Shown piece after piece: positions 37,187 through 45,111 of a stretch of 48,978 nucleotides of DNA. The DNA lies in IMG/VR virus record IMGVR_UViG_2518285548_000002, positions 64,001 through 112,978 of that record. One strand, written 5' to 3'. Within the stretch, counting starts at the first letter, position 1; each line of letters begins with the position of its first letter. This stretch comes from a virus. Its lineage: Duplodnaviria; Heunggongvirae; Uroviricota; Caudoviricetes. A model generated the notes under the pieces. It saw nothing but the letters and a program-made list of their open reading frames with translations. It made no database searches and had not been told where the DNA came from. The position numbers and the translations under genes are program-made.

Positions 37187-38275
37187 ATGTCTGAAATCAC
37201 CATTGACGAACGTGACGGTGAGAGAGTAAAGCTCCTCAATCAATTCCGAAAGGAGTTCGGGGAACAGTCGATGTTTCTCCTCGGTAAGTCCGAGAAATTG
37301 TTCGACATCAATGTTCGCTCCTCAGGTTCCTTGATGCTCGACCTTGCACTTGGCGGCGGGTACGCCCAGGGTCGAATGGTGTTCCTGCGCGGCGGTGAAG
37401 CGGCAGGTAAGACAACCTTGGCACTTATGGCTATCGCTGAAGCACAGCAAGTAGAGCCTGAACGCGACAATGCAATCATTGACTTGGAAAATGCCTTGAA
37501 CCTTGAATGGGCTAAGACGTTAGGTGTTGACACTGACAAGCTGTTCATCTCTCAGCCAGATACATATGCTGAGAAAATCTACGGAATGATTCTGTCGATG
37601 CTTCGTAGTAAACGGTTTGCTTATATCGTACTGGACTCTACTGATGGTCTGATGTTGAAAAGCGAGATGGAGAATGATGACTTTGAGAAGGAGAATCGGG
37701 TGGGTGGTACGTCCAAGTTGAACTCCTCTGCAATGCGTAAGCTTGTCAATTCAGGTGAGTTGAAGAATTCTGGAACCACGTTGATATTCATTCAGCAGTT
37801 AAGAGACAAGATCGGAGCCTTCTCAATGTATGGTACACCTACAGATTCCTCAGGCGGACGAGCTTTCAAGCATAACTCCACCCAAACACTAGACGTTAGT
37901 AAGGGTGAGTTCTTTGCTAAGGGGTCAGGGGCGTCCAAAGTAATCCTTGGTCAGCAATCCAAACTCAAGGTATCCAAGAACAAAATCGCTCCGCCTTTTA
38001 AGACAGCTACCATTGATCTGTATTATGCACACGGCATGGACAGAATTATGGAGCTTGTGTCGGTAGCAAAGGAAGTCAGTGTACTAAGCGGTACATCCTG
38101 GCTTAAACTTGTTGACCCTACCACGGGAGAGATTGTACCTGATGCGGAGGGCAAGGAGCAGAAATGGAACGGTATCGCCAAGGCGAAGGAAGCAATAGAA
38201 CAGGATGTTCAAGAAAACGGCGGTCAGCTTTACAACCTGATCTACGATCTTGTGCAAAAAACAATCAGGGGGTAA
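37187..38275 (+). CDS. recA: RecA-like recombinase
   Basis: SSGSLMLDLALGGG, Walker A GGEAAGKTT, IDLENAL, LFISQPD, VLDS, FIQQLR, GGRAFK, KNKIAPPFK. Confidence 0.95.
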   Translation: MSEITIDERDGERVKLLNQFRKEFGEQSMFLLGKSEKLFDINVRSSGSLMLDLALGGGYAQGRMVFLRGGEAAGKTTLALMAIAEAQQVEPERDNAIIDLENALNLEWAKTLGVDTDKLFISQPDTYAEKIYGMILSMLRSKRFAYIVLDSTDGLMLKSEMENDDFEKENRVGGTSKLNSSAMRKLVNSGELKNSGTTLIFIQQLRDKIGAFSMYGTPTDSSGGRAFKHNSTQTLDVSKGEFFAKGSGASKVILGQQSKLKVSKNKIAPPFKTATIDLYYAHGMDRIMELVSVAKEVSVLSGTSWLKLVDPTTGEIVPDAEGKEQKWNGIAKAKEAIEQDVQENGGQLYNLIYDLVQKTIRG

Positions 38276-38281
38276 AAACGT

Positions 38282-38533
38282 ATGGAAGCCATTGCTTGGG
38301 GTATTGGGGTTGCGGGGGTAGCTTATGCTACCTCCTTATCTTTAGGCTACTTACTCAATTATTTACTAGAGAAGAAAGCTCAGAAATTGTATGAGGAAGC
38401 TATTAAAGACTTAGTAGAAGAAAACAAAGAACAAATTATTGAGAACGTAGAGGGTGCGTTCACAACTAAGATTGCTCACTTCATGGAACAGGAGCGTTTA
38501 GCAAGAAAGCGAGAGGAGATCCTTCATGTCTAA
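38282..38533 (+). CDS. Hypothetical protein with N-terminal TM helix
   Basis: AIAWGIGVAGVAYATSLSLGYLLNYLL. Confidence 0.7.
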   Translation: MEAIAWGIGVAGVAYATSLSLGYLLNYLLEKKAQKLYEEAIKDLVEENKEQIIENVEGAFTTKIAHFMEQERLARKREEILHV

Positions 38534-38906
38534 GAGCCAAGGTCAGATCGCATCTAAACGTCAGGAGATGCGTATTACGCGCAGTTTACAGATGATCAAA
38601 CAGGAAGCAAAGCGTGTTATGGCTTCAGGGGCGTTGTGGTTTGCAAAGAGTGATGTGGTAACACCGCTCTTTCAAATTGAAGCCAAAACTAAGGCAAGAA
38701 ATTCTAAGTCTATAACCTTGAAAAAGGAGTGGATGGAGAAGATCGAGCAGGAAGCGTTCGATAACAGGAAAATTCCTGCTTTGGTATTCTCTTTTGGTGA
38801 CAGCACTGACTACTTCGTATTACGAGACAAGGACTTCTACGCGATGGTTGAGGAGCTTTCTGAGTTGAGGGGGAAGGTGTATGGCGAGCAGTCAGATAAC
38901 AGTTAA
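38526..38906 (+). CDS. Second Holliday junction resolvase-like nuclease
   Basis: KRQE, ASGALW..KSDV...FQIEAKTK, SITLKKEW..KI..EA....IPAL. Confidence 0.8.
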   Translation: MSKSQGQIASKRQEMRITRSLQMIKQEAKRVMASGALWFAKSDVVTPLFQIEAKTKARNSKSITLKKEWMEKIEQEAFDNRKIPALVFSFGDSTDYFVLRDKDFYAMVEELSELRGKVYGEQSDNS

Positions 38907-39228
38907 AGTCTGCGAGTTCTGCGGCAAGGAGTACAAGGATGATGATCGTTACGGTTATTGCCTTAACCACGAGTACCCTGTACGTCCGAAGCTGAAGCAG
39001 ATTACTCGTGACAAGCAACGGGTCGGCGGGACGTTCAAGATTGTGGATTGGTTCTCAACCCGTGCAAGTGCAGGGTTAACTATAGAGCATGGGGAGACTG
39101 GTGAACAGTTCAACGTTTATATGTCTGATCTGTTCAAATATCTCGATGGTAAGGAGCTTGGTACTCTGACTCTTGAAGAAATCAAGAAAGGTCAAGCCTA
39201 TGGATGGATGGTGTTAGATAATGCTTAG
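38881..39228 (+). CDS. Hypothetical protein with N-terminal Cys motif
   Basis: CEFCGK...C..H; 115 aa. Confidence 0.7.
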   Translation: MASSQITVKVCEFCGKEYKDDDRYGYCLNHEYPVRPKLKQITRDKQRVGGTFKIVDWFSTRASAGLTIEHGETGEQFNVYMSDLFKYLDGKELGTLTLEEIKKGQAYGWMVLDNA

Positions 39229-39574
39229 TGCTACAGCAGTTGGTTTCACAGTAGATGAGGTTACCCAGTTTTCCCACATAGCCTGGGCACTTCATGACCC
39301 TAGATCAGCCGCCGACCTGACGGAGAGAGAGTACATGCTTATGGCTAAGCAAATGGTATATCAATCAGATGTACTTGTATGCAATCTTAATCGTGAAGGA
39401 CTTACTCCTGATGAGGTCGTCTTAATCCATTCTGCCTATACTAACTCTACACCTATTCTAGCAGTAGGATACAAGATTCTAACACCTCTCCTGAAAGAGA
39501 TGGTGTCTCATCGTTTTGCTGATCTTGAGCATCTTGTTGACCATCTAATGGCTAACTACAAAATATCGAAATAA
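39221..39574 (+). CDS. Hypothetical protein, weakly nucleoside 2-deoxyribosyltransferase-like
   Basis: SDVLVCNL...AYTNSTPILAVG resembles the NDT pattern ADvvvA.l...ayalgKPv; adjacent to the RNR. Confidence 0.5.
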   Translation: MLSATAVGFTVDEVTQFSHIAWALHDPRSAADLTEREYMLMAKQMVYQSDVLVCNLNREGLTPDEVVLIHSAYTNSTPILAVGYKILTPLLKEMVSHRFADLEHLVDHLMANYKISK

Positions 39575-39594
39575 CGGGGAGGAGAAGCAAAAAG

Positions 39595-41892
39595 ATGGCG
39601 TTACTTGTAACTACACGACCTGCGGAAACAAAAATCATTAATGGCAAATGGGTTCTCGGTGAGGACTTTCTAAGCAAGTATCGCGGAAAACAACCTAGAT
39701 GGGGCTTTGACGGTCTCGGTTGGGTAGTATATGTACGTACTTATGCACGGACAAAAGAGGATGGAACCCTTGAATCCATGCATGAAACGGCTGAACGTGT
39801 TACCTTGGGTAACTTCAACCTGATCATGACTGAAGGTAACTTCGTTGGACAAATAGACCCTACGGTAACGAAGGAGGAAGTAGAACGCTTCTATCACCTG
39901 TTCTTCAACCTTGCTCTCACACCGCCTGGACGAGGTTGGTGGATGAGTGGTACCGCATATGCCCTTACTTGCGGGGATGCCTTGAACAATTGTTGGTATA
40001 CCGATGTGGTGCCCCAGGCTCGTCACATCGGCGGCAAAGTGCTTCACTCCACCCCGTTCGTGTTCACTTTCGATCAGGCTATGAAAGGCGGCGGTGTGGG
40101 CGCGGGCATCTACAAGGAGAACATCGACCAATTCGCTGTTACTTCCAACGAGGTTAAGCTCACGTTTGTAGTGAACAAGGGCAACGCAGTCATTCCTGAG
40201 CTAAAGCAGGTCGGAGTCAAGTTCATAACGAAAGAACAGTACACTTCCCGAATGAAGAAGAAAGGCAAGAACCACAAAAAGAACATCCGTTACTTCACTG
40301 TGCCTGATAGCCGAGAGGGTTGGGATGAAAGCTTAGCTAAGACCATCGACCTTCACTTCGAGAATCCTTCTAAGTATGCTTCCAAGCCAATTCGTCTATA
40401 CGTAGACCTGTCTCTCATCCGTCCTCGTGGAGCGAAGATCGCTCGTTTCGGCGGCACAGCTAGTGGCTCAATGCCTTTAGCTAAGGGTCTCACGCAGATC
40501 AACAGCATCTTCAATCGTTCTGCTCAGGAGAATCGCCGCATTACTACCGTAGAAGCAGGTGACTGTATCCAAATCATCGGTACCGTGGTTGTAGCGGGCA
40601 ATGTCAGACGAACGGCATTAATCCTTATTGGTGACGAGGACGATGTAGCGTTCATTGAGTCCAAGGATTACTCTAAGATGGGTCTTGAGCCTTCGCAGTG
40701 GAGATGGGCTTCCAACAATTCCATCATTATCACTTGTTCGACTCCTCGTGAACGTTTGAAGGATGCCGCAGGTTCGATCTACTTCAATGGTGAACCAGGA
40801 ATTGTAAACATCGAACTTAGCCGTAATTATGGTCGCATCATTGACGGATTACAGGCACTTATTGATGGTCGTGCCCGTGGGACTAACCCTTGCGGTGAGG
40901 TTACGTTGGAGGACAAGGAGCCGTGTAATCTATTCGAGATCAATCTCGTGCGTTGCCGTGAGCTTGGGGTATCGTGGGAAGAAGCGGCATATCTAGCAAC
41001 TCGTTACGCATATCGTGTGACCTTCATGCCTTATGAGTGGGACAGGTCGCGTGAAGTAGTGTATGAGAACCGCCGCACGGGGGTGGCAGTGACAGGGGTC
41101 TCTGACTATGAACTCTTGTACTGTGATGGAGACTATGACCTTCTTGCGAAAGATTTAGAGGAGCTATATGGTCATGTAGTGATGACTAACAAATACCACG
41201 CTAAGGCTCTAGGAACAAAGGAATCCATAAAGAAAACGACTGTTAAGCCTTCAGGTTCACAGTCCAAAGTAATGGGTGTGTCAGCGGGACAACACGATCA
41301 CTGGGGTGAGTACTTCATCCAACGTATGCGTATCGCGGCAGATGCCCCTATTATGGACTTGATCTTCCAGTCGGGCTACCCTGTTGAATATGCTATCAAC
41401 GGTCGTCATAACGATGGTACGCCAGTATATGATATGAACACTTGCGTGGTCGAGTTTCCTGTTAAGGCACCAACAGCAGGTCACCCTAAATTCCGTTCCT
41501 CCGCAGAAGTTCCTTTAATGGAGCAAGCTGAACGTCAGGCACTTCTACAAACGTACTGGGCTGACAATGCAGTATCGGCAACCCTAACGTTCAAGAAGGC
41601 TGAGAAACTTCCAAATGGTACTTGGAAGAACGGAATTCGTGATGAGGATGTAGTGGACGAGATTACTGAGGTGCTGACTAAGTACCAAAACGTGTTTAAA
41701 TCCACTTCACTACTGCCACACCAAATTGGAACCTACGATCAAATGCCTTGGGAAACAATTGACAAGGTAGAGTATGATCGCCGTGTAGCTGAGTTGAAGG
41801 GGCGTCCTTGGGATTTTATGCAAGGCGGCTTGAGAGCTGTAGAAGATGAGCTTGAGCAAGATTGCGTAGGCGGGGCTTGCCCGATTCGTTAA
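39595..41892 (+). CDS. nrdJ: Class II (adenosylcobalamin-dependent) ribonucleoside-triphosphate reductase, monomeric type
   Basis: PPGRGWW, LNNCW, MKGGGVG, VVAGNVRRTA, GTNPCGEVTL, TTVKPSG, and a C-terminal CVGGACPIR redox pair. Confidence 0.92.
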   Translation: MALLVTTRPAETKIINGKWVLGEDFLSKYRGKQPRWGFDGLGWVVYVRTYARTKEDGTLESMHETAERVTLGNFNLIMTEGNFVGQIDPTVTKEEVERFYHLFFNLALTPPGRGWWMSGTAYALTCGDALNNCWYTDVVPQARHIGGKVLHSTPFVFTFDQAMKGGGVGAGIYKENIDQFAVTSNEVKLTFVVNKGNAVIPELKQVGVKFITKEQYTSRMKKKGKNHKKNIRYFTVPDSREGWDESLAKTIDLHFENPSKYASKPIRLYVDLSLIRPRGAKIARFGGTASGSMPLAKGLTQINSIFNRSAQENRRITTVEAGDCIQIIGTVVVAGNVRRTALILIGDEDDVAFIESKDYSKMGLEPSQWRWASNNSIIITCSTPRERLKDAAGSIYFNGEPGIVNIELSRNYGRIIDGLQALIDGRARGTNPCGEVTLEDKEPCNLFEINLVRCRELGVSWEEAAYLATRYAYRVTFMPYEWDRSREVVYENRRTGVAVTGVSDYELLYCDGDYDLLAKDLEELYGHVVMTNKYHAKALGTKESIKKTTVKPSGSQSKVMGVSAGQHDHWGEYFIQRMRIAADAPIMDLIFQSGYPVEYAINGRHNDGTPVYDMNTCVVEFPVKAPTAGHPKFRSSAEVPLMEQAERQALLQTYWADNAVSATLTFKKAEKLPNGTWKNGIRDEDVVDEITEVLTKYQNVFKSTSLLPHQIGTYDQMPWETIDKVEYDRRVAELKGRPWDFMQGGLRAVEDELEQDCVGGACPIR

Positions 41893-41898
41893 ATAAAT

Positions 41899-41931
41899 AA
41901 GGCGTGATTCCTTCGGGAGTCACGCCTTTTT
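41899..41931. terminator. Strong, probably bidirectional intrinsic terminator
   Basis: AAGGCGTGATTCC-ttcg-GGAGTCACGCCTT with A-run before and T-run after. Confidence 0.9.
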
Positions 41932-41944
41932 AAATTTGGAATCA

Positions 41945-42041
41945 ACACGAATAGACCGATCCGCGTCCAGATCAGCCTAAGGTCTTGAATTTCCCAGGTA
42001 TGTAAACGACAAAACCTCTGCGACTAGCCACAGATTCGTGT
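41945..42041 (-). ncRNA. Putative structured RNA (multi-helix junction with possible kissing loops)
   Basis: 8-bp closing stem enclosing three hairpins; G.U pairs form on the - strand but become A.C mismatches on +; family not recognised. Confidence 0.55.
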
Positions 42042-42075
42042 AAAGCAGTGGTACCACATTAGCTTTATACCCAAT

Positions 42076-42103
42076 TTAACTTCTTATTATTCATGTCGTA
42101 TAG
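42076..42103 (+). promoter_or_regulatory. Phage promoter motif copy 10
   Basis: TTAAC-N16-CGTATAGAG. Confidence 0.8.
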
Positions 42104-42125
42104 AGAAATTAAGGAGGTGAAATTA

Positions 42126-42488
42126 GTGCGGAAAGAATGCACAAGCATAACCCCGTTAGAAAGAGAAGCTATCATGCGGTTCGTGGATGGTAATTTTACC
42201 TTTACTACTGATTGTCTATCAGGAATGTTAAGCCGAGGTCTAGTGAGAGCTAATGTGATGGAGTCCTTGGCTAATGGTGACATCATAGAGTACATCTTCG
42301 AGGGAAACAAGAGTTGTATCCTTGTGAAGTCTCGGATGAAGTTCTCAAACAAAAACGTCCTAGTAACCTTGCAATTGAAATCACGAGAGATCGTGAGTGT
42401 TGCATGGGAATCCGAGAGGGATACACCTAATCAATCGGAGTATAGCTCTAAGCTTGACATCATAAAAAACTTGAGCAAGCACGCTTAA
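42126..42488 (+). CDS. DUF4258-like (RelE/BrnT-fold) protein, degenerate
   Basis: FTTDCLSGMLSRGLVRANVMESLANGDIIEY...VSVAW resembles F..HA..RM.ER.I......L.NG.IIEY...VT.W. Start is the GTG at 42126 after AAGGAGGTGA. Confidence 0.5.
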   Translation: MRKECTSITPLEREAIMRFVDGNFTFTTDCLSGMLSRGLVRANVMESLANGDIIEYIFEGNKSCILVKSRMKFSNKNVLVTLQLKSREIVSVAWESERDTPNQSEYSSKLDIIKNLSKHA

Positions 42489-42512
42489 CTTAGGTTAAAC
42501 CGTGTCGTATAG
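42485..42512 (+). promoter_or_regulatory. Phage promoter motif copy 11
   Basis: TTAAC (overlapping the stop codon)-N16-CGTATAGAG. Confidence 0.8.
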
Positions 42513-42562
42513 AGAAAGTGAGAAAGCGAAACGCTCTAAAACAAATTTGGAGGAATGACAAG

Positions 42563-42973
42563 ATGCCACAAGTTATCAAAGCAAAAGACCAAGCGATCAC
42601 TGAGGAGATCGTAAAACGCCTAATCGGTAAGTTCGTTCACGTCCCTACTAACTTCCATGATGTTGCTACACCTACTGGCGCGACTACCAAGGTCAACGTT
42701 TGGTTCGCAGGTGTTGTGGCAGGGTACGAGAAGGCTGTCATCGGATTCGACTATGAGACAGGTGAGTTCAATGAGAAACCAAAGACCTTCTTCAACGTTC
42801 ACCTGACTGATGGTATGGGCTATGTTCTGACCAATGACTACGACCTTGAGATCAACGAACTTACTGAAGAGGAGTTCACTCAACTGGTTGAAGAACACAA
42901 GGAAGCCCAGAATACCCCTGAGATCATCCTCCCTGAAACACCGAAACTACAACTTCTTGACGGTGACAAGTAA
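42563..42973 (+). CDS. Hypothetical protein
   Basis: RBS GGAGG before the ATG at 42563; 136 aa. Confidence 0.75.
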   Translation: MPQVIKAKDQAITEEIVKRLIGKFVHVPTNFHDVATPTGATTKVNVWFAGVVAGYEKAVIGFDYETGEFNEKPKTFFNVHLTDGMGYVLTNDYDLEINELTEEEFTQLVEEHKEAQNTPEIILPETPKLQLLDGDK

Positions 42974-43188
42974 TGCGCGTAACTAAACATGCTCCAGAGT
43001 TTGCTACTAAGACTTTTGCCGCCACCTCTGCGGGTGAGGTGGACGCGAAGATTGATGAGTGGCAGGACTCCAATCCAAATGCTCTTGTTCTAGGTATGGA
43101 GTTGTCGAGCCACTGGAACGAACTTAATCAACAAGTTGAGTACGTTGTACTAATGACATATCAGGTAGGTGAAAAAGATGGGGTGTGA
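42973..43188 (+). CDS. Small hypothetical protein, loosely Cse60/DUF2758-like
   Basis: KTF......VDAKIDEW......VLGM.......YVVLMTYQ pattern; weak resemblance only. Confidence 0.5.
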   Translation: MRVTKHAPEFATKTFAATSAGEVDAKIDEWQDSNPNALVLGMELSSHWNELNQQVEYVVLMTYQVGEKDGV

Positions 43189-43684
43189 AAATTGTGGTAA
43201 GAAAGGCAAGGTGCAAGAGGTTCATGGGTTCATTCCTTACAAACGTATGGATACTAGCCGCCCAGGTTTCAACAAAGAGAATCCACGCAATGCAGGGTAC
43301 GACATGTTTGCGAGACTTGATAAACCTGTAAGTCTCGAACCTGGGGATGTGGCAGTTATTCCATTGAACGTAGCTACTGAGATTCCTGCGGAAGCGGTGG
43401 GGTTGTTGTTCCAACGTTCCTCTACGTACCGCAAATGGGAAGTGAAGCTAACCAACGGTGTCGGTGTAATGGACTCCCTGTTCTGCGGGGATGACGATGA
43501 GTGGGCGGCTGAGTTCAAGAACGAAAGCAACACACGTATCATCATTTATGACGGAGATAAGGTCTGCCAAGCCGTGTTTCTTCCATTATATATGAAGGAA
43601 CTGTACGAAGTGGCAGGGTTGAGTAACGAAAATCGCGGCGGGTTCGGTACTTCATTCGATAATGCAAAGGAGCTAAGCAGATGA
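43178..43684 (+). CDS. dut: Trimeric dUTPase
   Basis: AGYDM, QRSS, NGVGVMDS.F.G, GDKVCQ, RGGFGTS. Confidence 0.9.
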   Translation: MGCENCGKKGKVQEVHGFIPYKRMDTSRPGFNKENPRNAGYDMFARLDKPVSLEPGDVAVIPLNVATEIPAEAVGLLFQRSSTYRKWEVKLTNGVGVMDSLFCGDDDEWAAEFKNESNTRIIIYDGDKVCQAVFLPLYMKELYEVAGLSNENRGGFGTSFDNAKELSR

Positions 43685-43896
43685 ATCCAGTGATTGAGAA
43701 TAACTTTATGTACCACGCTCCAAATGAGGAGCAACGAAAGGCTTTTGAGGAGTTACGTGAGCAGTACAAGCAGATGGCTTACACCATCGGGCGACTTTGC
43801 CCGAACTCCCGTGAACGCTCCACTGCAATGACCAACTTGGAAACATCCATGTTTTGGGCAAATGCTTCTATTGCCCGCAACGGGGCGGTGAGCTGA
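43681..43896 (+). CDS. Acb2/Tad1 hairpin-domain-like small protein (candidate anti-defence sponge)
   Basis: NNFMYHAP...LCPNSRERSTAMTNLETSMFWANASIAR resembles the SRE...A.T..EEA.MW.N helix of Tad1 and Acb2-like proteins. Confidence 0.65.
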   Translation: MNPVIENNFMYHAPNEEQRKAFEELREQYKQMAYTIGRLCPNSRERSTAMTNLETSMFWANASIARNGAVS

Positions 43897-44138
43897 TGAG
43901 TGTCAGTAAACCTACTTTCTATCCACTGGTGCCGCTCAACAGAAAGGGAACTCAGACGGGGCGATTCGACTCCCGCCGACCAAACGTTTCCCAGTCTCCT
44001 CGCTCAAGCAGTAATGGCTTCGGCAGTTACTACGACTCCCAATCGTCCCCGCCCTACTACGAAGACAACAGCAGTAGTTTCGGAAACGACAACTGCGAAG
44101 GGAACGACTCAGGTTCATCCGATAGCGGCTCTGAGTAA
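43896..44138 (+). CDS. 80-aa protein with a PolA-like TGR...PN motif and Ser/Asp-rich tail
   Basis: TGATG coupling; contains GTQTGRFDSRRPNVSQSP. Confidence 0.55.
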   Translation: MSVSKPTFYPLVPLNRKGTQTGRFDSRRPNVSQSPRSSSNGFGSYYDSQSSPPYYEDNSSSFGNDNCEGNDSGSSDSGSE

Positions 44139-44164
44139 ATTCAACCATTACAGGAGGTAACCAA

Positions 44165-44452
44165 ATGTTCAAAATATTACTAGCATTATTCATGAAAGCA
44201 CCTAAGCACCGCATGGCGCGGGCACAAGGAAAGGTCAACGCTCATCTGAAGACGTTTCAGAAAGCTCGGGACGGTATTGATGTAGCAATTGATGACCTTA
44301 ATGCCGCTAAAGCAGAAGCATTGCGCCGTGAGGAAAAGCTGAAGGACAAGCTTAATGTCCTTAACACTGAGAAGTCGGGCATTGACCGTGAGATTGCACA
44401 GAACTCCAAGCTGATCTCTAAGTTTGATGAGTTCTTGACTAAGGAGGACTAA
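44165..44452 (+). CDS. Coiled-coil hypothetical protein
   Basis: RBS AGGAGGT; heptad pattern. Confidence 0.75.
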   Translation: MFKILLALFMKAPKHRMARAQGKVNAHLKTFQKARDGIDVAIDDLNAAKAEALRREEKLKDKLNVLNTEKSGIDREIAQNSKLISKFDEFLTKED

Positions 44453-44453
44453 C

Positions 44454-45089
44454 ATGAGACTGATTGCGGTTGAGGGGATTGACGCAAGCGGTAAAGAAAC
44501 TCAGGTCAACAAGCTGTACCTTGCCCTGAAAAACAAGGGGTACGATGTGGCAGTCGTGGGATTCCCCCGCTACCACACCCCAATTGGTCAGGTTCTCCTT
44601 GACTACTTCAAGGGAGAAACCTCCCTGACGACTGAAGCGGTTCATATGCTTCTCGAAGCAGACCGCCAGGACTTCATGGAAGACCTCTTGCTACTGGAAG
44701 AAACGGGCTGTGAGTACGTGATACTTGATCGGTTTACCCTGTCTAATCTAGCTTTTGGGGTTGCCCGTGGAGTTGAACTGGACTGGCTTCGCGGTCTCGC
44801 GGAGAAGGTTCGGCAACCCGACATCACGTTCATCTTGGACATCTCGGCAGAGACTTCGTTCAAACGTAAGGTTAATCGAGACATCCTTGAACAGGACGCT
44901 GATTTACAAAACAGGGCGCGGGTCGTGTATCAAACGTTGGCTCGTAGGCTGTCTGAGGAAGAAGATTACCTCGTTCATGTCATTGACGCGAACACGGCAA
45001 CCCCTGATGCACTTCATGAGGTGCTGATGTCCCATATCGAAACGCTGTACCTGGGTGTACAGTACCCCGAGGTGGCGACTGAAGAATAA
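44454..45089 (+). CDS. tmk: Thymidylate kinase
   Basis: IAVEGIDASGKETQ, FPRY, EADR, ILDRF, PDITFILD. Confidence 0.92.
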   Translation: MRLIAVEGIDASGKETQVNKLYLALKNKGYDVAVVGFPRYHTPIGQVLLDYFKGETSLTTEAVHMLLEADRQDFMEDLLLLEETGCEYVILDRFTLSNLAFGVARGVELDWLRGLAEKVRQPDITFILDISAETSFKRKVNRDILEQDADLQNRARVVYQTLARRLSEEEDYLVHVIDANTATPDALHEVLMSHIETLYLGVQYPEVATEE

Positions 45090-45111
45090 CCACAGGAGGT
45101 GAGAACATACC

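Noticed and set aside
29502-41892. Possible inteins or group I introns in polA, recA and nrdJ
   Set aside because: The reading frames are continuous and of ordinary length, with no splicing or homing endonuclease motifs.
41981-42008. GTATGTAAAC resembles the right arm of B. subtilis dif (TTATGTAAACT)
   Set aside because: The position of the left arm (GGTCTTGAATT) does not resemble ACTTCCTAGAA, and the sequence is better explained as a stem of the putative RNA.
41945-42041. Cobalamin riboswitch (next to a B12-dependent RNR) or tRNA
   Set aside because: It is downstream of and antisense to nrdJ, lacks the B12-box and GGUGxAA T-loop motifs, and has no TTC-containing T-arm or CCA end.
42042-42066. 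GTGGTACCAC resembles a T-box antiterminator core (UGGNACC)
   Set aside because: No Stem I (AG/GA motifs, specifier loop), no following terminator and no amino-acid gene downstream.
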